Assembly: GCA_009602725.1 (NCBI GenBank)
Contig: WELB01000027.1
Span: 448,785 to 468,784, forward strand
Direction: 5' to 3'
Length of the DNA stretch: 20,000 bases
Source: Spirogloea muscicola
Taxonomy: Eukaryota
Every line of letters begins with the position of its first letter. Position 1 is the first letter of the stretch. Both the position numbers and the translations under genes were made by a program. Shown piece after piece: positions 10,134 to 20,000 of this stretch. A model generated the notes under the pieces. The model was not told the origin of the DNA. It saw only the letters and a list, made by a program, of their open reading frames with translations, and did no database searches.

Positions 10134-12141
10134 ATGCCGGGCGCTGCCGAGCAGGCTGGCGCTGGCAACGACGGCGGCGGCAACGGCCCGAGCGGGGATG
10201 ACGCTGCCGCTGGTGGCGCCGGACGACCACTGGGGCGTCTCGGCGGTCCTCCTCGCCGCCGGCGCCGCCGGCATGTGGTGCGCGGCGGCGCGGACGCCGC
10301 GACAGCCGCCGCAAATGTCGGCGGCTCTGGCATCGACAACGCTGCTCACACGGCCATCAACTCGCCGCAGGTCGGAGCGCACGGTGGCGGGGCGCGCGCT
10401 GAGCGCGCCGCTGGTGGCGACGCTGCTGGGCCTGGCGGCCAGCAACGCGGGCGTGCTGCCCGCCGCGGCGCCCGCCTACGCCGCCGTCAACCGCTACCTC
10501 CTCCTCCTCTGCGTCCCGCTCCTGCTGTTCGGCGCCGACGTGCGCCGCGTGCTCGCCGACACCGGCCGCCTCCTCGCCGCCTTCCTCGCCGGCGCAGGTG
10601 GCCTGGCCCTGCCTTTGCTGCGCCCCTCTCTTGAACCCAGATCTCAGCTTTGTACGCCTAAGCCCTTACTCAGCCTTTACAGCCCTTTTGACTATTTCAT
10701 AAGCCCGAGCTGGATACATACCTTCATACACCTTGCTAGCTGAAAGTGCATATCCTGAACTCAGAACGAAATGTATCATCAAATTCTAGTGCTCAAACAC
10801 CCAATTTAAGTTTGCAATCTGTGCGTGCCCACCTAGGTTATAAGCCATGACACGAACTTGAGCACTCCAGGCTGAACGTCAGGACCATGCCCTCAAGCTC
10901 CCAGCTCAGGGCCAGGCTTGCCTGTCTGGTCTTGCGTGCGCTCTATGCCGACTGCGGGCTCGAGTTGCTGCCCAGGCCTGACGCTTCCGTACGGCGCTCG
11001 CTCTTACCACCCTACCGGCCCGCAGCCGCCACGACCGCGGGCACGCTGCTTGCATTTTGGCTGGTCCCGTTGCGTTCCCTTGGCAACGACAGCTGGAAGA
11101 TGGCGGCCGCGCTCATGAGCCGCCACATCGGAGGAGGTAAACGCCCGCACCGTAGCGAGGTTTTGGCAATTTGTGCAGTCATAGGACCTGCCAGCAATCA
11201 CCGGCTCCTCAGAACTCCCTTGAGCAACATGCTGGTGCTGATCACGCGCCATCATATTGTCTTGCTACCTCCTCTGCGGTGGCCCATGCAGCGGTGAACT
11301 ACGTCGCTGTTTGCGAGGCCCTGCAGGCGTCACCGTCGGTGGTTGCGGCAGGGCTCGCGGCCGACAACCTCATCTGCGCGCTCTATTTTACCACGCTCTT
11401 CGCTCTTGCCAGCGGCATTCCTCCTGAGCCGCTGGTGGTCGAGGACCTCGATCGCACAGGCAAGGAGGAGCACTGCTGCTGACTGGCTGCCACTAACCCC
11501 ACAGATGCAGATGATGCTCAACCTCTTCTTGTGTGTCATAGTCACCGCGGCAGTGGCTGTTCTGTGCAGGAGGGCGGGATGATGCGGCAGTTGAGGAGGG
11601 GCGGTCGACAATGCGGGTCCTGGATGTCGCCACAGCGCTTGCGGCCTCGGCAGCCATCTGCACGCTGGGTGTGCGGCTATCTGCGCGCTTTGGCATCCCT
11701 GGCACCAGCATCCCCATCGTCACGGCGCTTGTTGTTGCACTGTCCACGGCCTTCCCGTCAGTGCTGGGCCCGCTGGCACCGTCCAGCGAGGCGCTCGCTG
11801 GCGTCCTGATGCAGGTCTTCTTCGCCACAGTTGGCGCCAGCGGCAGCCTAGTGCAGGTCATGACGACCGCGCCGTCACTCTTCGCCTTCAGCCTCGTGCA
11901 GGTAGCCGCGCACTTGGCGCTTGTCCTGGTCATGGGGAGGCTGGCTGGCCTACAGCGCCGGGAGGTGCTGCTGGCATCTAACGCAAACGTTGGAGGGCCA
12001 TACACAGCTGCGGGCATGGCCACTGCCAAGGGCTGGCGGTCGCTCCTCATTCCTGCCATTCTCGTCGGCGTCTTTGGCTATGCTGTGGCCACGTTTTTCT
12101 CCATCGCCTTTGCTCTTGTCGTGCTCAAGCGGATGGCGTGA
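10134..12141 (+). CDS. DUF819 multi-pass membrane protein (At5g52540/At5g24000-like; bacterial YjcL-like); start probably in the gap
   Basis: Exons <=10135-10277, 10371-10597, 11026-11136, 11292-11459 and 11570-12141. Motifs include PDDHWG, GMWSERT..LSAPLVATLLGLAASNAG, PLLLFGAD, WKMAAALMSRHIGGAVNYVAV, AGLAADN, QVFFATVGASG and LLASNANVGGPYTAAGMATAKGW. Confidence 0.9.
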
Positions 12142-13045
12142 CTTTCTGCAACAAGCAGCCACGTAGCTGCCACAGCGATACGAACCTGCATCTAGGACAA
12201 ATATCAAAGCATGCTCTTGAGCAGGCACTGAATAACACTAGCATCTCATCATCTATGAGCGCAAGCTCGAAGGATGCTCGGCCAATGTGTTGGCTGATAC
12301 GATGCGAAAGCAAAGTACAGCTTCGACATGTGTGCTTGTCCGCTTGAGGCGATCGGACTTTTGATGGCCACATCTCTTGGCAGTGAGTTTCACAAGTCAC
12401 GCCTTTGTAAAAATAACGTCACGTGGCTTTTCTTACCTCGGATGGAAAAGACAAATTCAGTAGAGGGCGGTGGCTGTCTAGAGATGCCAGACAAAAGAAT
12501 GAGAAAGGGGCCAGAGAAAGCTCTAAAGCACACAGTGAATCAAGTAGCTACGAAGCACTCAATCACCTCTGTTGAGCAGCCGCTGGTCGGAGAAACTAGT
12601 CTTTGGGTAGCGGGTTCCCCGGCCAAAGCCGTTGGAGCTCACAGCACCATGATGCAGGCCGAAGGTGATCGCAGGTGATCGCAGGCATGACACCACGTTC
12701 AGCACAGGCCAATGCCGTGCGCAGATGACATCTGGGCTAAGTGGAGATGCATGTGCTCTGGCAATGGGTGGTTTGCGCGTGCCACAGCGTGCTTCCTGCA
12801 GTCAGGCAGAAAAGCTGGTCATGGTGTATCCGTCCTGCGCCCACAGTTTGGGTTGTGGTAGAAGGTTCTGCGGGAGCGCCCTGGTCCTACGGGACAACCG
12901 GCTGATGTTGTGGCCCTGGCTGCTGTGGCCGCCTGGCAGGGTGGCCCTGGCAGGTGGGGCCAGCTGAAGTAAACCCCCTGGCAGTGTGAACAGAGCCCCC
13001 CCCAGCCTTAAACCCTTGGCAGCAGCCGCCTCCCCTCCACGGCCA

Positions 13046-13046
<1 letters not shown>

Positions 13047-13080
<34 letters not shown>
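13047..13080 (+). repeat. (GGC)n tract immediately upstream of the bystin ATG
   Basis: About 11 perfect GGC units, then GATGGCG with the ATG at 13082. Confidence 0.9.
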
Positions 13081-16919
<3,839 letters not shown>

Positions 16920-18098
16920 TCCTCCCATTGGACATTCTCTCTAGCAGCAACAAATTCCATCACGACACAGCAGTCAAATTCACCTCGACACAAGCATTTG
17001 AGGCGGCAACAGCCTTGTTTTACGCAGCCAATGCATTTGCGCCTCGCTGGTAATAGAAGCTGCCCTTCTGCTGCAACATGTAGTGTGAACAACCTTGACT
17101 TTCGTGTTTGTGACTTGCGGGCGGTCACGCGTGCCAGCAGTGGGCTCGACAACTGCAGCTGCCAAAGAGGACATTCAAAATCTACCGGATGTTGTCGTTG
17201 GAATGGACGAGGAGTACTAGTGGCAGCCTCCACCTCTACATGAGCTTACACAAGGGAGTTCTCCCAAAATTGTGGTCCAGTGAGCACCCTTGCAAGGATG
17301 CGACCACACTGCTCGCTCGACTCGAGGTGAAGACGCGCGACTCATAGCAAGTTCGACCTGAAGAACAGGTGCAGCACTAGTCAAGCACTATCCCAAAATG
17401 TCTACTTTGCTCACTCCAAATAGCTGTACAGGTCATCGACGATTGAGACCAACCATGCCCAAGTCTCACACTCAACTCAGTAAGAGGTTCAGAGACCTCT
17501 TGTCTTCTCCTGCTGACACTGTTAGCAGCTACCTACCACCTTACTCAGTCTCTTGCGCATACAGCCCTCCAGAATACGGCTGATCGTTCGATGGGGCCTT
17601 GGGAGGCGACTTCTGATGGGCGTGGATGATATCAAATCTCCGTTTAAATATCCTGTGACTTGTAATTCTCCGCCCTGTGGGTTGACCTTGAGCTATCGCT
17701 TGAGGCTGGTCATTGCAGTTGACATATCCTTGCCCAATCAGCTCACACCAAAAGCAGAAGTATTATGACCCGCACTTGCCACAGCATCAGTGAGAGCAGT
17801 CTGCAGCGGCTTGATTGTATGTGCATTGAGCGATGAATGCAGTACCTGGCACAGCAATCAGAGTCAATCTTCTGATGTTAAGTTTCTTGCCAACATGTAA
17901 AGAGATGCTGATGCACCATTGACCGCACAACTACAACCTGCAGCGATAGGAGACAAAGCATCCTGGCCAGATTCAACCTTACTGCTTTGGGCAGTTGCAC
18001 AAGTTGCATGAAGGCATCACAGCTGCAAAATGCCAAAACTGCAATTGTTGCCACATGTTGCCACAGGGGAGTCGGGAGGTGTATGACCTTCGGCTCAC

Positions 18099-20000
<1,902 letters not shown>

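Noticed and set aside
12663..12685. 10-bp tandem duplication AGGTGATCGC
   Set aside because: A simple slippage duplication with no spacers or array structure.
17320..17365. tRNA-like words (GACTCATA, GTTCGA)
   Set aside because: The spacing is too short and no anticodon or acceptor stem pairs.

Overview
This is a gene-dense, GC-rich eukaryotic window with spliceosomal introns of about 90-410 nt. The gene families are land-plant-like, so a streptophyte green alga (possibly Zygnematophyceae) is inferred. I reconstructed six multi-exon genes by hand, using splice sites, reading phase and remembered plant homologues: V-ATPase subunit C (-, 3' end outside the window), an EMB2759-like membrane protein (+), a SEC23D/At2g27460-type Sec23/Sec24 protein (-), a DUF819 membrane protein (+), bystin/ENP1 (+) and a PIRL-type intracellular LRR protein (-, 5' end lost). 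The two long N gaps and two poly-T runs are probably assembly artefacts at very GC-rich gene starts. I see no convincing novel system. The most notable signals are three GC-AG introns among about 31 donors, a motif- and palindrome-dense divergent promoter, (GCC/GGC)n tracts at gene starts, telo-box-like motifs at bystin, and a stop-free in-frame intron.
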